A DNA stretch of 64,000 nt from Escherichia phage EP01, in the sequence record OM135583.1. One strand, given 5' to 3'. The stretch's first letter is position 1. Each line of letters begins with the position of its first letter. A model generated the notes under the pieces. It saw nothing but the letters and a program-made list of their open reading frames with translations. It did not search any database and was not told the DNA's origin. The translations under genes and the position numbers were made by a program. This document shows positions 29,984 to 42,445 of this stretch, piece after piece.

Positions 29984-30216
29984 AGTACGCCATACACCCT
30001 TTGTGCTTCAACTAATCCATCAAAATCCAGTTTAAGATGTGTTATTTGGTCACCATCACCTGGATTCACAATTACTAATACTGAACGAGGAGTTTCGGTA
30101 ATAACACGAACCGATGTTTCAGGAAATCGTTCAGAAACCTTATTTACCAATTCCTGAGCAAATAGTTTAATTTTTTCTTGAAATTCTTTAACAGTAATTG
30201 GTTTTTCACTTAGCAT
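29980..30216 (-). CDS. hypothetical protein (cd.2 position)
   Basis: 78-aa ORF behind an early promoter. Confidence 0.5.
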   Translation of the reverse strand: MLSEKPITVKEFQEKIKLFAQELVNKVSERFPETSVRVITETPRSVLVIVNPGDGDQITHLKLDFDGLVEAQRVYGVL

Positions 30217-30245
30217 TTCAATTTCCTCATTTGTTTGGTAGAGCT

Positions 30246-30275
30246 ATAATATCACAACTCTACCGTAAAGTAAAC
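30246..30275 (-). promoter_or_regulatory. T4-type early promoter
   Basis: GTTTAC, 18-nt spacer, TATTAT; -10 lies inside a 7-bp inverted repeat. Confidence 0.55.
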
Positions 30276-30277
30276 TA

Positions 30278-30553
30278 TTAAATTGCTTTGAATTCTGATG
30301 TCTGTGATTCAAAACGAATATCGCCTTTGATGACTAGCTCAGCATCAAGACCGAATACGACAATGATATGCGCGGAACCTGGATACAGCGTAATTGCAAT
30401 AGAATCCACTTGGTCTGGAAGCAAAGCGTTCAATACATGAGTCACTTGAGCGTGGATTCGAAGTTCAGCTGCATTATCAAGCTTTTCAAACATGTTATTA
30501 GCGATAATTTGGCTAAACACTACTTCTACGATTTTAGAGTAAGTCGGAAACAT
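30278..30553 (-). CDS. hypothetical protein, 91 aa
   Basis: ORF. Confidence 0.5.
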   Translation of the reverse strand: MFPTYSKIVEVVFSQIIANNMFEKLDNAAELRIHAQVTHVLNALLPDQVDSIAITLYPGSAHIIVVFGLDAELVIKGDIRFESQTSEFKAI

Positions 30554-30555
30554 AT

Positions 30556-30756
30556 TTACCTCACATAATTTTCTTCAAGCCAATCAATAACATCCAAAGC
30601 GTTATCAAAAATTGAACCATCTACTTTGTCTTCTGTTTCATAATCAAGAACATCTAAGCCTACTCTTCCGTCAACAATAGGCCATAGACAAAATAGATAT
30701 TTCTTTTCTTTTTCAATTTTATCACAAAGACGATAAATCTTTTCTAGATTATTCAT
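30556..30756 (-). CDS. hypothetical protein, 66 aa
   Basis: ORF. Confidence 0.5.
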   Translation of the reverse strand: MNNLEKIYRLCDKIEKEKKYLFCLWPIVDGRVGLDVLDYETEDKVDGSIFDNALDVIDWLEENYVR

Positions 30757-30945
30757 AAGTTTTCCATGGTAAAGGCAGTTTAGTTTTCTTTACTGTTAGT
30801 TCAACATCAGGATTCTTTTCTCTTAATTTGAGGCATTCCTCCCAAGCTCTGATTTCACTAGTGAATATACAAAATTGCCCATTACTAGTACCAACTAAAC
30901 CGCTATTTACAATAACAATAGACCATGTTTCATGATGCCAAGCCA

Positions 30946-30946
<1 letters not shown>
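30749..30946 (-). CDS. hypothetical protein, 65 aa
   Basis: ORF. Confidence 0.5.
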
Positions 30947-32146
<1,200 letters not shown>

Positions 32147-32150
<4 letters not shown>

Positions 32151-32377
32151 TTATTTTTCTCAACCAATGATTGAATATAATCATGCAGGTCTTTAGATGC
32201 TTTACCCCACTTATTTTGGTATTCATTTTTAAGATTAGCCCGAGATTGAGCTAATAAAACATCATTAGTTGGAGGTAAAGATTCTAATCGTTGAATCTGG
32301 CGTCCATAAATCATTGCAGCCATCTCGGATTCATAAATCAATCCTTTGAGATGTTCAAATTGATGCCATGAAATCAT
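32147..32377 (-). CDS. hypothetical protein, 76 aa
   Basis: ORF. Confidence 0.5.
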
Positions 32378-32673
32378 TTACATTTATCCTCTTTTAGCTC
32401 TTGACGATAATAACATATCATAGTTTTTTGGTCATGTACATATCGTTTTACATCATTAAGCCAAATACGAAATTCCTGAGAATCTTCGAATGGCATACCG
32501 ACCCAAGCTTTACCATCAATAACTTTAACTTGCCAAGATAGTTTAGCTTCGTCATATGACTTTATTTGCACGGGCCAATTAGGATGAACTGTTTCTTTCT
32601 TTACTTCTAGAGGCTTTGTCGAACAACCAACTAGAAGACCAATAGATAATATTACTGCTGATAGTTTAATCAT
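32374..32673 (-). CDS. outer-membrane spanin (lipoprotein) candidate
   Basis: 99 aa; signal peptide plus lipobox LVGC; overlaps the upstream i-spanin-like ORF by 4 nt. Confidence 0.65.
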   Translation of the reverse strand: MIKLSAVILSIGLLVGCSTKPLEVKKETVHPNWPVQIKSYDEAKLSWQVKVIDGKAWVGMPFEDSQEFRIWLNDVKRYVHDQKTMICYYRQELKEDKCK

Positions 32674-33023
32674 TTAGAAAGGTCCTGGATGTCTTCTGCG
32701 AACTTGTTGAAGGAGTTGTTGATTTGTTTTTCAACCAATCCTGGCTTATGAGCCACCACATCCGCCTTCTTTGCATCTTTGCGCAGTTTTTCATTTTCAC
32801 GCTCAATAGCAGCAATTGCCTCACGATTTTTATTATTCATCGCATCAATATAATTATATTGAATTTTTAAATCATTCAATGCTAAAGCGTTTTCATTGGC
32901 CGTTTTTGTAATTTCAGTAACCGATGTTTCTAATCTTTCTACCTTATTTTTTAAAATAATAGATGTTCCGCCAAATGCTATTACAAGTAATAGCAATCCA
33001 GCTGTAAAATTACTTACATGCAT
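32670..33023 (-). CDS. inner-membrane spanin candidate
   Basis: 117 aa; N-terminal TM segment then coiled-coil-like periplasmic domain. Confidence 0.65.
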   Translation of the reverse strand: MHVSNFTAGLLLLVIAFGGTSIILKNKVERLETSVTEITKTANENALALNDLKIQYNYIDAMNNKNREAIAAIERENEKLRKDAKKADVVAHKPGLVEKQINNSFNKFAEDIQDLSK

Positions 33024-33517
33024 AAAGTTTTAATAACCTCTACAATATCGTCTTGAGAAAGACCGTTAATTAAAATATGATGTTCAGCCGGAGATTTAGA
33101 AATTTTAAAGCATGCCTCAACATCTTCTGCCATATCTGATGCACTACGATTTGGATTACTAATTCCAAGACGATGCTTTTCTGTCAAAGGATTAACAATG
33201 ATGTAGCATTTACAGTTATTAATATGAACATTAGGTTGAGTCTGATTAATGAACACTTCACAATTATATTTCGCAAGCTGATTTTCTAAAAAGACTTTCA
33301 TCTCCTCAACCGCATCAGGAAGCATATCACGGGCTTGCTCAAGACGACGATTTCGATATTCTTTGATGGTCGTTTTCCGCTTAACTTGCTTAGCTAAATC
33401 TTTCTTAAGATCGGTGATATATCCAACTCGACGATTTCCTTTAAATACAGAAATCCCATCTGTAGTATCACCATATGCTTCAACGACCATCTCAGTAGTA
33501 ATAAGCTGCAAATCCAT
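33014..33517 (-). CDS. alc: Alc-position protein (inhibitor of host transcription on C-containing DNA)
   Basis: 167 aa from second ATG; position between pseT block and rnlA; early promoter upstream. Confidence 0.55.
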   Translation of the reverse strand: MDLQLITTEMVVEAYGDTTDGISVFKGNRRVGYITDLKKDLAKQVKRKTTIKEYRNRRLEQARDMLPDAVEEMKVFLENQLAKYNCEVFINQTQPNVHINNCKCYIIVNPLTEKHRLGISNPNRSASDMAEDVEACFKISKSPAEHHILINGLSQDDIVEVIKTLCM

Positions 33518-33548
33518 CATAAAGTCCTCATGTTATGTCAGTAAGTCT

Positions 33549-33578
33549 ACTATAACACAACATGAGGGACTTGTAAAC
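33549..33578 (-). promoter_or_regulatory. T4-type early promoter upstream of the alc-position ORF
   Basis: GTTTAC, 18-nt spacer, TATAGT; about 50 bp closely similar to the copy at 18371-18422. Confidence 0.6.
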
Positions 33579-33581
33579 AGC

Positions 33582-35169
<1,588 letters not shown>

Positions 35170-35196
35170 AATAAAATGGGCCTTGCGGCCCACTCC

Positions 35197-36375
35197 TTAA
35201 AAGTATTTTTTAAAACTCATCATAACTTTATCATCAACATCATTATCAATCTGTGCAACAAGGTAAGATGACAGTTCTACTTCTTGTGGCGCGGATTGAA
35301 CATTATCAGAATTAAGATATTCACGAATCCAAGGATATGGATGTTTAACCGGAGCATCGGTAATTGGGCATGGAAGACCACACTGTTTCATACGAGATAC
35401 AGTTAAGTAATCAATAAAGCTCCACATGCTATTTGTATTTAATCCAGGAACATCACCATCTTTAAATAAATGAACTGCCCAATCTTTTTCTTGGCGGTTA
35501 ACTTCCATGAAAATATCAACTGCTTCTTGTTCACACTCTTGAGCAATTTTAACCCATTCATCACCATCAGTACCGGATTGAAGTTGACGAATAATATATT
35601 GAGTGCCTTTAAGGTGAAGCTGCTCATCACGCGCAATGAACTTCATAATCTTGGCATTACCTTCCATGATTTCCATGTTCTTATGGAAGTTAAAGGTACA
35701 TGCAAAAGATACATAAAAACGAATAGCTTCTAAGGCATTAATAACGTGCAAACAGAGGTAAAGAGATTTCATTAGTGCTCGTTTAGCTTCGGCTTCTTGT
35801 TTAATAGCTCGATTTAAACGAAAAACAGCATCAGGAGATTCTTTAGCTAGTTCTGTAAATTCTTTAGCATTTTCCCATTCACGGGTTTTAGTCAGAACAT
35901 CATCATAATAGCGACCGATAGATTCAGCACGTTTCATGATAGCTTCATCTAGTACAATCTCATCAAATACCTTCGATGGATCAGTATAAAGATTTCGCAT
36001 GATATGGGTATATGAACGGCTATGAATAGTTTCACTAAAAGTCCATGTAGCAACCCATGTATCAAGACTTGGGTCTGAAATTAATGACATAAGTACAGCA
36101 GATGGCGCACGACCCTGAATGCTATCTAGAAGTGATTGATACTTCAGATTATTAGTAAAAATATCTTGCTGATATTGAGGAAGCTTGTTAAATTGTGCAG
36201 CATCCATCATTAAGTTTACTTCTTCAGGACGCCAGAAAAATGACAACTGCTTTTCGGTTAAATCTTCAAAAACTTTATGACGTTGAATATCATAACGCGC
36301 AATACCAAGACCTGAACCGAAGAACATAGGTTCTTTTAAAACATCAACTGGATTTGTATTAAAAACTGTGCTCAT
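35197..36375 (-). CDS. nrdB: ribonucleotide reductase small subunit, intron-less
   Basis: 392-aa uninterrupted ORF with the iron/radical site region. Confidence 0.95.
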   Translation of the reverse strand: MSTVFNTNPVDVLKEPMFFGSGLGIARYDIQRHKVFEDLTEKQLSFFWRPEEVNLMMDAAQFNKLPQYQQDIFTNNLKYQSLLDSIQGRAPSAVLMSLISDPSLDTWVATWTFSETIHSRSYTHIMRNLYTDPSKVFDEIVLDEAIMKRAESIGRYYDDVLTKTREWENAKEFTELAKESPDAVFRLNRAIKQEAEAKRALMKSLYLCLHVINALEAIRFYVSFACTFNFHKNMEIMEGNAKIMKFIARDEQLHLKGTQYIIRQLQSGTDGDEWVKIAQECEQEAVDIFMEVNRQEKDWAVHLFKDGDVPGLNTNSMWSFIDYLTVSRMKQCGLPCPITDAPVKHPYPWIREYLNSDNVQSAPQEVELSSYLVAQIDNDVDDKVMMSFKKYF

Positions 36376-36426
36376 AAATTTTCCGCTTAGTTAATAGATA
36401 GTGACTCGTCCGTGAGTCAAATTATA

Positions 36427-38691
36427 TCATAATTTACAGGATGAACAATCTTCAGCTTTTGGAGTTTCTATTTCATAATCATCAGTACCAGAACCATCAC
36501 GGGTATTATGATAATAGAAGTTTTTAATGCCATAATACCATCCGTATAGCATGTCATCAATCATTACAGACATTGGAACCTTTCCTTTTGGAAAAATCTG
36601 CGGGTCATAATATGTATTCGCTGAAGCTGATTGACATACCCATTTCAGCATAATAGCTACCTGCGTAAGATAAGGTTTATTACCTTTCTTAGCTAATTTC
36701 CACGTATAATCATAGAGGTCTATGTTATGCTCAATATTGGGCACGACTTGATTAAAGGAACCCTCTTTTGATTCTTTAACAGAGACTGGTCCACGTGGAG
36801 GCTCGATACCGTTTGTACTGTTAGAAACTTGGGAAGATGACTCACATGGCATAAGTGCTGATAATGTGCTATTACGGATGCCAAAGAGCTTAAGGTCTTC
36901 CCGCAGCGACGACCAGTCACAAACGTATTTTGGAGCTGCGATTTGGTCAATCTTTTTATTGTACCAGTCGATAGGTAATTCGCCTCGAGACCAACGAGTG
37001 TCTGAATAATATTCGCAAGGTCCTTTTTCTTTGGCGAGCTTAATGGATGCTTTAATGAGTCCATACTGTAGTCTCTCAAATAGTTCATGTGTTAAATCGT
37101 TAGCATCTTCATAAGAAGCAAAGTTACTTGCCAGCCAAGCTGCATAGTTAGTAACACCTACGCCAAGGTTTCGACGCTTTTTAGCTTTTTCTGCTTCAGG
37201 AACTGGATATCCTTGGTAATCCAAAAGATTATCAAGAGCACGAACTTGAACTTCTGCTAATTCATTAATTTTATCTTGGTCTTGCCAATCGAAATTATCT
37301 AACACAAATGCAGATAACGTGCACAATCCAATTTCAGCATCAGGACTATTCACATCATTTGTTGGAATAGCAATTTCACAGCACAAGTTACTCTGACGAA
37401 TAGGTGCCTTTTCACGAATAAATGGAGTATAGTTATTCGTATTATCAATGAACTGTACATAAATCCTTGCTGTTCCTGATCGTTCAGTCATGAGCAATTC
37501 AAACAGTTCACGTGCTTTAATACGCTTTTTGCGAATATTAGGGTCTTTTTCTGCTGCTTCGTATAATTCGCGGAAACGGTCTTGGTCTTTAAAATAAGAA
37601 TAATAAAGCTCGCCGCCCATTTCATGCGGACTGAACAAAGTAATGTAGTCGTTCTTTCCAAAACGTTCCATCATCAAATCATTCAGCTGGACGCCATAAT
37701 CCATATGACGGATACGGTTTTCTTCTACGCCTTTGTTATTTTTCAAAACGAGAAGATTTTCAACTTCCAAATGCCAAATAGGATAATAAGCAGTAGCAGC
37801 GCCGCCACGAATTCCACCCTGTGAACATGATTTAACAGCAGTCTGAAAATGTTTCCAAAAAGGAATAACGCCAGTATGACGTACTTCACCTGTGCCAATC
37901 TTAGAACCTTCAGCACGAATCATACCAACGTTAATACCAATTCCAGCACGTTTGGAGATATATTCAACAATTGAAGCTGAAGCCTTATTGATAGACTTCA
38001 GCGAATCACCTGCTTCAATAACAACGCATGAACTAAATTGCCGAGTTGGAGTACGACAACCAGCCATAATAGGAGTTGGCAGTGAAATCTGTCGAGTGGA
38101 TACTGCTTCATAAAAACGAATAACGTGTTTTAATCTATCAACAGGTTCGTCTTGATGCAATGCCATTCCAATAGTCATAAATGCAAACTGTGGAGTTTCA
38201 TAAATTTGACCAGTGGTTTTATCTTTAACGAGATATTTTTCTTTTAATTGCATCGCCCCGGAATAAGTAAATTCCATATCCCGCTCGTGCTTAATTTTTG
38301 ATTCTAAAAATGTAATTTCTTCTGCAGAATATTTTGACAACAATTCAGGATCGTATTTACCTTCATTTACACAGTAAGAAATATGGTCAATAAATGAACG
38401 GGGCTCATACTGTCCGTACACATGTTTACGAAGAGCAAACATTAAACAGCGTGCAGCTACGTATTGGTAATCAGGCTCTTCAACTGAAATAGAATTCGCA
38501 GCAGCCTTAATTACAATAGTTTGAATGTCATCAGTGGTCATTCCATCACGGAGATATGATTTAATATTTTCATATAATTCATAAGGATCTACAGATGTTC
38601 CTTCAGCTGCCCAAGATAAAACTTTAATAATTTTTTGTGAATCAAAGCTCTGAGAAACACCACTACTTTTGATAACATTAATTAATTGCAT
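36427..38691 (-). CDS. nrdA: ribonucleotide reductase large subunit
   Basis: 754 aa, T4 size, class Ia RNR features. Confidence 0.95.
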   Translation of the reverse strand: MQLINVIKSSGVSQSFDSQKIIKVLSWAAEGTSVDPYELYENIKSYLRDGMTTDDIQTIVIKAAANSISVEEPDYQYVAARCLMFALRKHVYGQYEPRSFIDHISYCVNEGKYDPELLSKYSAEEITFLESKIKHERDMEFTYSGAMQLKEKYLVKDKTTGQIYETPQFAFMTIGMALHQDEPVDRLKHVIRFYEAVSTRQISLPTPIMAGCRTPTRQFSSCVVIEAGDSLKSINKASASIVEYISKRAGIGINVGMIRAEGSKIGTGEVRHTGVIPFWKHFQTAVKSCSQGGIRGGAATAYYPIWHLEVENLLVLKNNKGVEENRIRHMDYGVQLNDLMMERFGKNDYITLFSPHEMGGELYYSYFKDQDRFRELYEAAEKDPNIRKKRIKARELFELLMTERSGTARIYVQFIDNTNNYTPFIREKAPIRQSNLCCEIAIPTNDVNSPDAEIGLCTLSAFVLDNFDWQDQDKINELAEVQVRALDNLLDYQGYPVPEAEKAKKRRNLGVGVTNYAAWLASNFASYEDANDLTHELFERLQYGLIKASIKLAKEKGPCEYYSDTRWSRGELPIDWYNKKIDQIAAPKYVCDWSSLREDLKLFGIRNSTLSALMPCESSSQVSNSTNGIEPPRGPVSVKESKEGSFNQVVPNIEHNIDLYDYTWKLAKKGNKPYLTQVAIMLKWVCQSASANTYYDPQIFPKGKVPMSVMIDDMLYGWYYGIKNFYYHNTRDGSGTDDYEIETPKAEDCSSCKL

Positions 38692-39008
38692 AAGTCCTCA
38701 ACTTGAAAATCGTCTTTAAACAATCGGTTAACTATATGAGCTATTATATCACCATGACACGGCTTTGGTTTACATGTGCATCCTAGCCTCATTCCACGTA
38801 AAGGCTCTAAATGTGCTTTAGTTATTTCTCCGGATTTAATTCGACGTATAAAATCTTTTTTGAATAATTCAATGGCAGCCTCCCGGCTGCCAACATCTTT
38901 ACCGACGTAATTTCCCCAAAATGTACCACGGTGAATATTAACATCAAAGTCGGATTTATATTTATTCACTACCTGGCATAGACGGCGCGCGCGGTAATAG
39001 TTCGTCAT
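38682..39008 (-). CDS. hypothetical protein (nrdA.1 position)
   Basis: 108-aa ORF. Confidence 0.55.
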   Translation of the reverse strand: MTNYYRARRLCQVVNKYKSDFDVNIHRGTFWGNYVGKDVGSREAAIELFKKDFIRRIKSGEITKAHLEPLRGMRLGCTCKPKPCHGDIIAHIVNRLFKDDFQVEDLCN

Positions 39009-39225
39009 ATTGTTTTTCCGTTAAAACAGTAATATCATAATAACAATCTGAAGAAGTTTTAACTGTAGAAATTTTATTATCAAAATACTCACGAGTCATT
39101 TTATGAGTATAATATTTTTTGCCATAAATGATAATAGGCTGATTTGGTCCTGGAACTTCTAACTCACTTGGATTAGGAAGTGTAAAAAGAACTATACCAG
39201 AAGTATCTTTAAATCGTAAAATCAT
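38962..39225 (-). CDS. hypothetical protein (nrdA.2 position)
   Basis: 87-aa ORF. Confidence 0.5.
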   Translation of the reverse strand: MILRFKDTSGIVLFTLPNPSELEVPGPNQPIIIYGKKYYTHKMTREYFDNKISTVKTSSDCYYDITVLTEKQYDELLPRAPSMPGSE

Positions 39226-39248
39226 ATATCCTCACAATTAATAATTAA

Positions 39249-40109
39249 TTACACCGCCATTTTTCCTTTAATAGGAGGGTGTGATTCGTAACCTTTAAGA
39301 ACGAAATCTTTAGGCCTGAGTTTAAGAATGTATTCCAATTGTTCTTTAGTAGAAAGATAGCGGAATTTATAAGGCAATCCGCCTATTACCAGTTCACAAA
39401 GCTCTTTAGGTTCACGACGCAAAATTTCTTTACATTGTTCTACGTGATTCATATAGATATGAGTATTACCGCCAGAAAATATCAAATCTCCTGGAATAAG
39501 ATTACACATCTTAGCTACAATATGAACCAACACAGCATATGATGCAATATTAAATGGAAGACCGAGGAAAACATCTACTGAACGTTGGTACCACTGTAAA
39601 TCCAAATATCCATTACGCACATTAAACTGATAAAACATATGACAAGGCGGTAATGCCATATATTTAAGTTCAGCTGGATTCCACGCCGACACAATTTGTC
39701 GCCTATCATTCGGCAGTTTTTTAATACGATCAATAACTTCTACAATTTGGTCTACACCACCAAAATCACGCCACTGTTTTCCATAAATTGGACCAAGTTC
39801 ACCGCTATGGTATCCTAAATCTTTTGCTTGATTTTCGTAATTTTCATCCCAGACTGTTTTGCCTTGAATTAATGAATCATGCTGAATTAATCGTAAATCA
39901 TTTACGTTAGTACTTCCTGACAAAAACCATATTAGCTCAGCAATACAAGCTTTCCAGGCGAGCTTCTTAGTCGTTACTGCAGGAAAACCTTTAGTTAAAT
40001 CCCAGCGTAATTTAGTACCGAACAAAGCAATTGTTCCTGTGCCCGTTCGGTCATCGGTTTCATAGCCATTTTCAAAAATGTCTTTAATTAAATCTTGGTA
40101 TTGTTTCAT
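39249..40109 (-). CDS. td: thymidylate synthase, intron-less
   Basis: 286-aa uninterrupted ORF (MKQYQDLIKDIFENGYE...); no intron or I-TevI ORF. Confidence 0.95.
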   Translation of the reverse strand: MKQYQDLIKDIFENGYETDDRTGTGTIALFGTKLRWDLTKGFPAVTTKKLAWKACIAELIWFLSGSTNVNDLRLIQHDSLIQGKTVWDENYENQAKDLGYHSGELGPIYGKQWRDFGGVDQIVEVIDRIKKLPNDRRQIVSAWNPAELKYMALPPCHMFYQFNVRNGYLDLQWYQRSVDVFLGLPFNIASYAVLVHIVAKMCNLIPGDLIFSGGNTHIYMNHVEQCKEILRREPKELCELVIGGLPYKFRYLSTKEQLEYILKLRPKDFVLKGYESHPPIKGKMAV

Positions 40110-40154
40110 TTAGTACCTTATATAAATTATAATACATTTTATGAAGCTAAATAA

Positions 40155-40505
40155 TCAATACGGTTTAGCATCAAATTTTCTTTCGATTTCAGGAGTGAAA
40201 TATAATTCTTTACCACGTTTGGAAAAGCGACCAATAATATGATAATTATTCTCATCAAACGTGATATTGCCGATATCCATAGCTTTCAACCAAATATCGA
40301 TATTTCTGTCAAGCTTTATATCAAAATTCCAATACGGAGAACTATTACCGAAAATACTGCAAGCGGATTCAGTGCAATAACTGCTGCTATAAATCTTGTC
40401 TTTGGGAACTACTAATTGATAGACGCCTTTAATAAACTGAGGACCCTGCCATTTTGGTTGTTTCGCGTCTTTTTCTAATAGAATAGGGTAATAATTAAAG
40501 TTCAT
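40155..40505 (-). CDS. hypothetical protein in a frd-td insertion (116 aa from ATG; 120 aa from upstream GTG)
   Basis: ORF with no recognisable motif lying in 416 bp that separate frd and td; weak SD; Cys pair YCTESAC. Confidence 0.5.
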   Translation of the reverse strand: MNFNYYPILLEKDAKQPKWQGPQFIKGVYQLVVPKDKIYSSSYCTESACSIFGNSSPYWNFDIKLDRNIDIWLKAMDIGNITFDENNYHIIGRFSKRGKELYFTPEIERKFDAKPY

Positions 40506-40525
40506 ATTTTCTGCCACGCGTTATT

Positions 40526-41352
<827 letters not shown>

Positions 41353-41362
41353 ATTATTTTCC

Positions 41363-41605
41363 TTAAACAGACTTTTTCACAGTTTTCCAATCAGCTTTAA
41401 ACTGTTCAACATCAGAATGGTAAATCCAAAACCCTGCGCTTTCTCCATCCTCATAAAGAGGGCATCCATCGCATTCATCTTCCCATCCCATATCACGCAA
41501 AAGAAGTTCAGCTTTTTCAACAAGTTCAGAATCTTTACCGATGATATTAAAATACCATTTACCTCTAACTTCTGAATCTTTGATGCTCTGGCGTTGTAAT
41601 CTCAT
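41363..41605 (-). CDS. hypothetical protein, 80 aa
   Basis: ORF with AGGAG SD behind an early promoter. Confidence 0.5.
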   Translation of the reverse strand: MRLQRQSIKDSEVRGKWYFNIIGKDSELVEKAELLLRDMGWEDECDGCPLYEDGESAGFWIYHSDVEQFKADWKTVKKSV

Positions 41606-41630
41606 TTTATTCTCCTCAGTTGATAGGGTA

Positions 41631-41660
41631 ATAGTATCACACTACTACCCTTCTGTAAAC
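41631..41660 (-). promoter_or_regulatory. T4-type early promoter
   Basis: GTTTAC, 18-nt spacer, TACTAT; downstream CAACTATCAACTG motif. Confidence 0.55.
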
Positions 41661-42025
41661 TACTTTTTGAAAGTTTTTCGTAAAAGTTCAATGATTTCGT
41701 CTACATTGTTTTCGTCAACAATACAGTGAATTTTTGTTACGCCAGAAACCTTGTCTTCAACTTCATCTTTTTCAGAAGTCGGTTCTTTATATTCACGGAA
41801 ACAATGAAATTCGTCTTCACAGACGTTGAAGTAAAAATGCTTTCCATTTGCGCATTCAATGTGTTTTATTACTCTAAATCCATCAGCAAAGAAAGCTTCT
41901 TTAACTTCAAACCATCCGCCATTATCTCGAATAGCTTTAACTATTGATGAATTAGAACGCGGGCGATAATTAATAAATGTATCAATAAGTCTTGGAACAA
42001 GTTCATATTTTCTACCAATATACAT
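41660..42025 (-). CDS. hypothetical protein, 121 aa
   Basis: ORF. Confidence 0.55.
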   Translation of the reverse strand: MYIGRKYELVPRLIDTFINYRPRSNSSIVKAIRDNGGWFEVKEAFFADGFRVIKHIECANGKHFYFNVCEDEFHCFREYKEPTSEKDEVEDKVSGVTKIHCIVDENNVDEIIELLRKTFKK

Positions 42026-42069
42026 TGTGTTTTCCTCATTTTAATAGGGGCTTGATAGCCCCTTAATAA

Positions 42070-42297
42070 TTACTGCTCAATAAATCCTGTGTAAAATTCT
42101 ACATCTTCAGCATCCATACCGTCACAGTATTCATTAACCATAAATTGTTTAAGACGATTTAAAGGACCTTCAATAACAACTGAAACATTGCAATTGGGGT
42201 CATTTAGTGCGCTTGTAATACGGAGTTCAGGATAACGATTACGAATAATTTCTTCAATATATTCAAAATCAACAACATCAATATCAATTTTAGCCAT
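42070..42297 (-). CDS. hypothetical acidic protein, 75 aa
   Basis: ATG 42297 with GAGGA SD; track start is further upstream. Confidence 0.5.
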   Translation of the reverse strand: MAKIDIDVVDFEYIEEIIRNRYPELRITSALNDPNCNVSVVIEGPLNRLKQFMVNEYCDGMDAEDVEFYTGFIEQ

Positions 42298-42343
42298 GTT
42301 ATTTTCCTCTTTAATCATCATCAGCAGTATTGCCGATAGTTGT

Positions 42344-42373
42344 ATAGTACCACAGTATGCTTTGGTTGTAAAC
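42344..42373 (-). promoter_or_regulatory. T4-type early promoter
   Basis: GTTTAC, 18-nt spacer, TACTAT; part of a 73-bp element identical to 58506-58578. Confidence 0.6.
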
Positions 42374-42389
42374 CGTTTTGTGAAAAAAT

Positions 42390-42423
42390 TTTTGAAATAA
42401 AAAAGGGGACCTCTAGGGTCCCC
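42390..42423 (-). terminator. rho-independent terminator downstream of gene 32
   Basis: GGGGACC...GGUCCCC hairpin followed by a U-run on the - strand. Confidence 0.75.
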
Positions 42424-42445
42424 AATTAATTAGTAATATAATCTA

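Noticed and set aside
35197-40109. Possible group I introns in nrdB and td
   Set aside because: Both genes are single uninterrupted ORFs of full length; no intron-like insert or intron endonuclease ORF is present.
42070-42321. Possible extra ORF between frd and gene 32 relative to T4 (four ORFs here versus three frd.x genes recalled)
   Set aside because: My recollection of the T4 frd.x ORF count and sizes is not reliable enough to call an insertion; alignment to T4 is needed.
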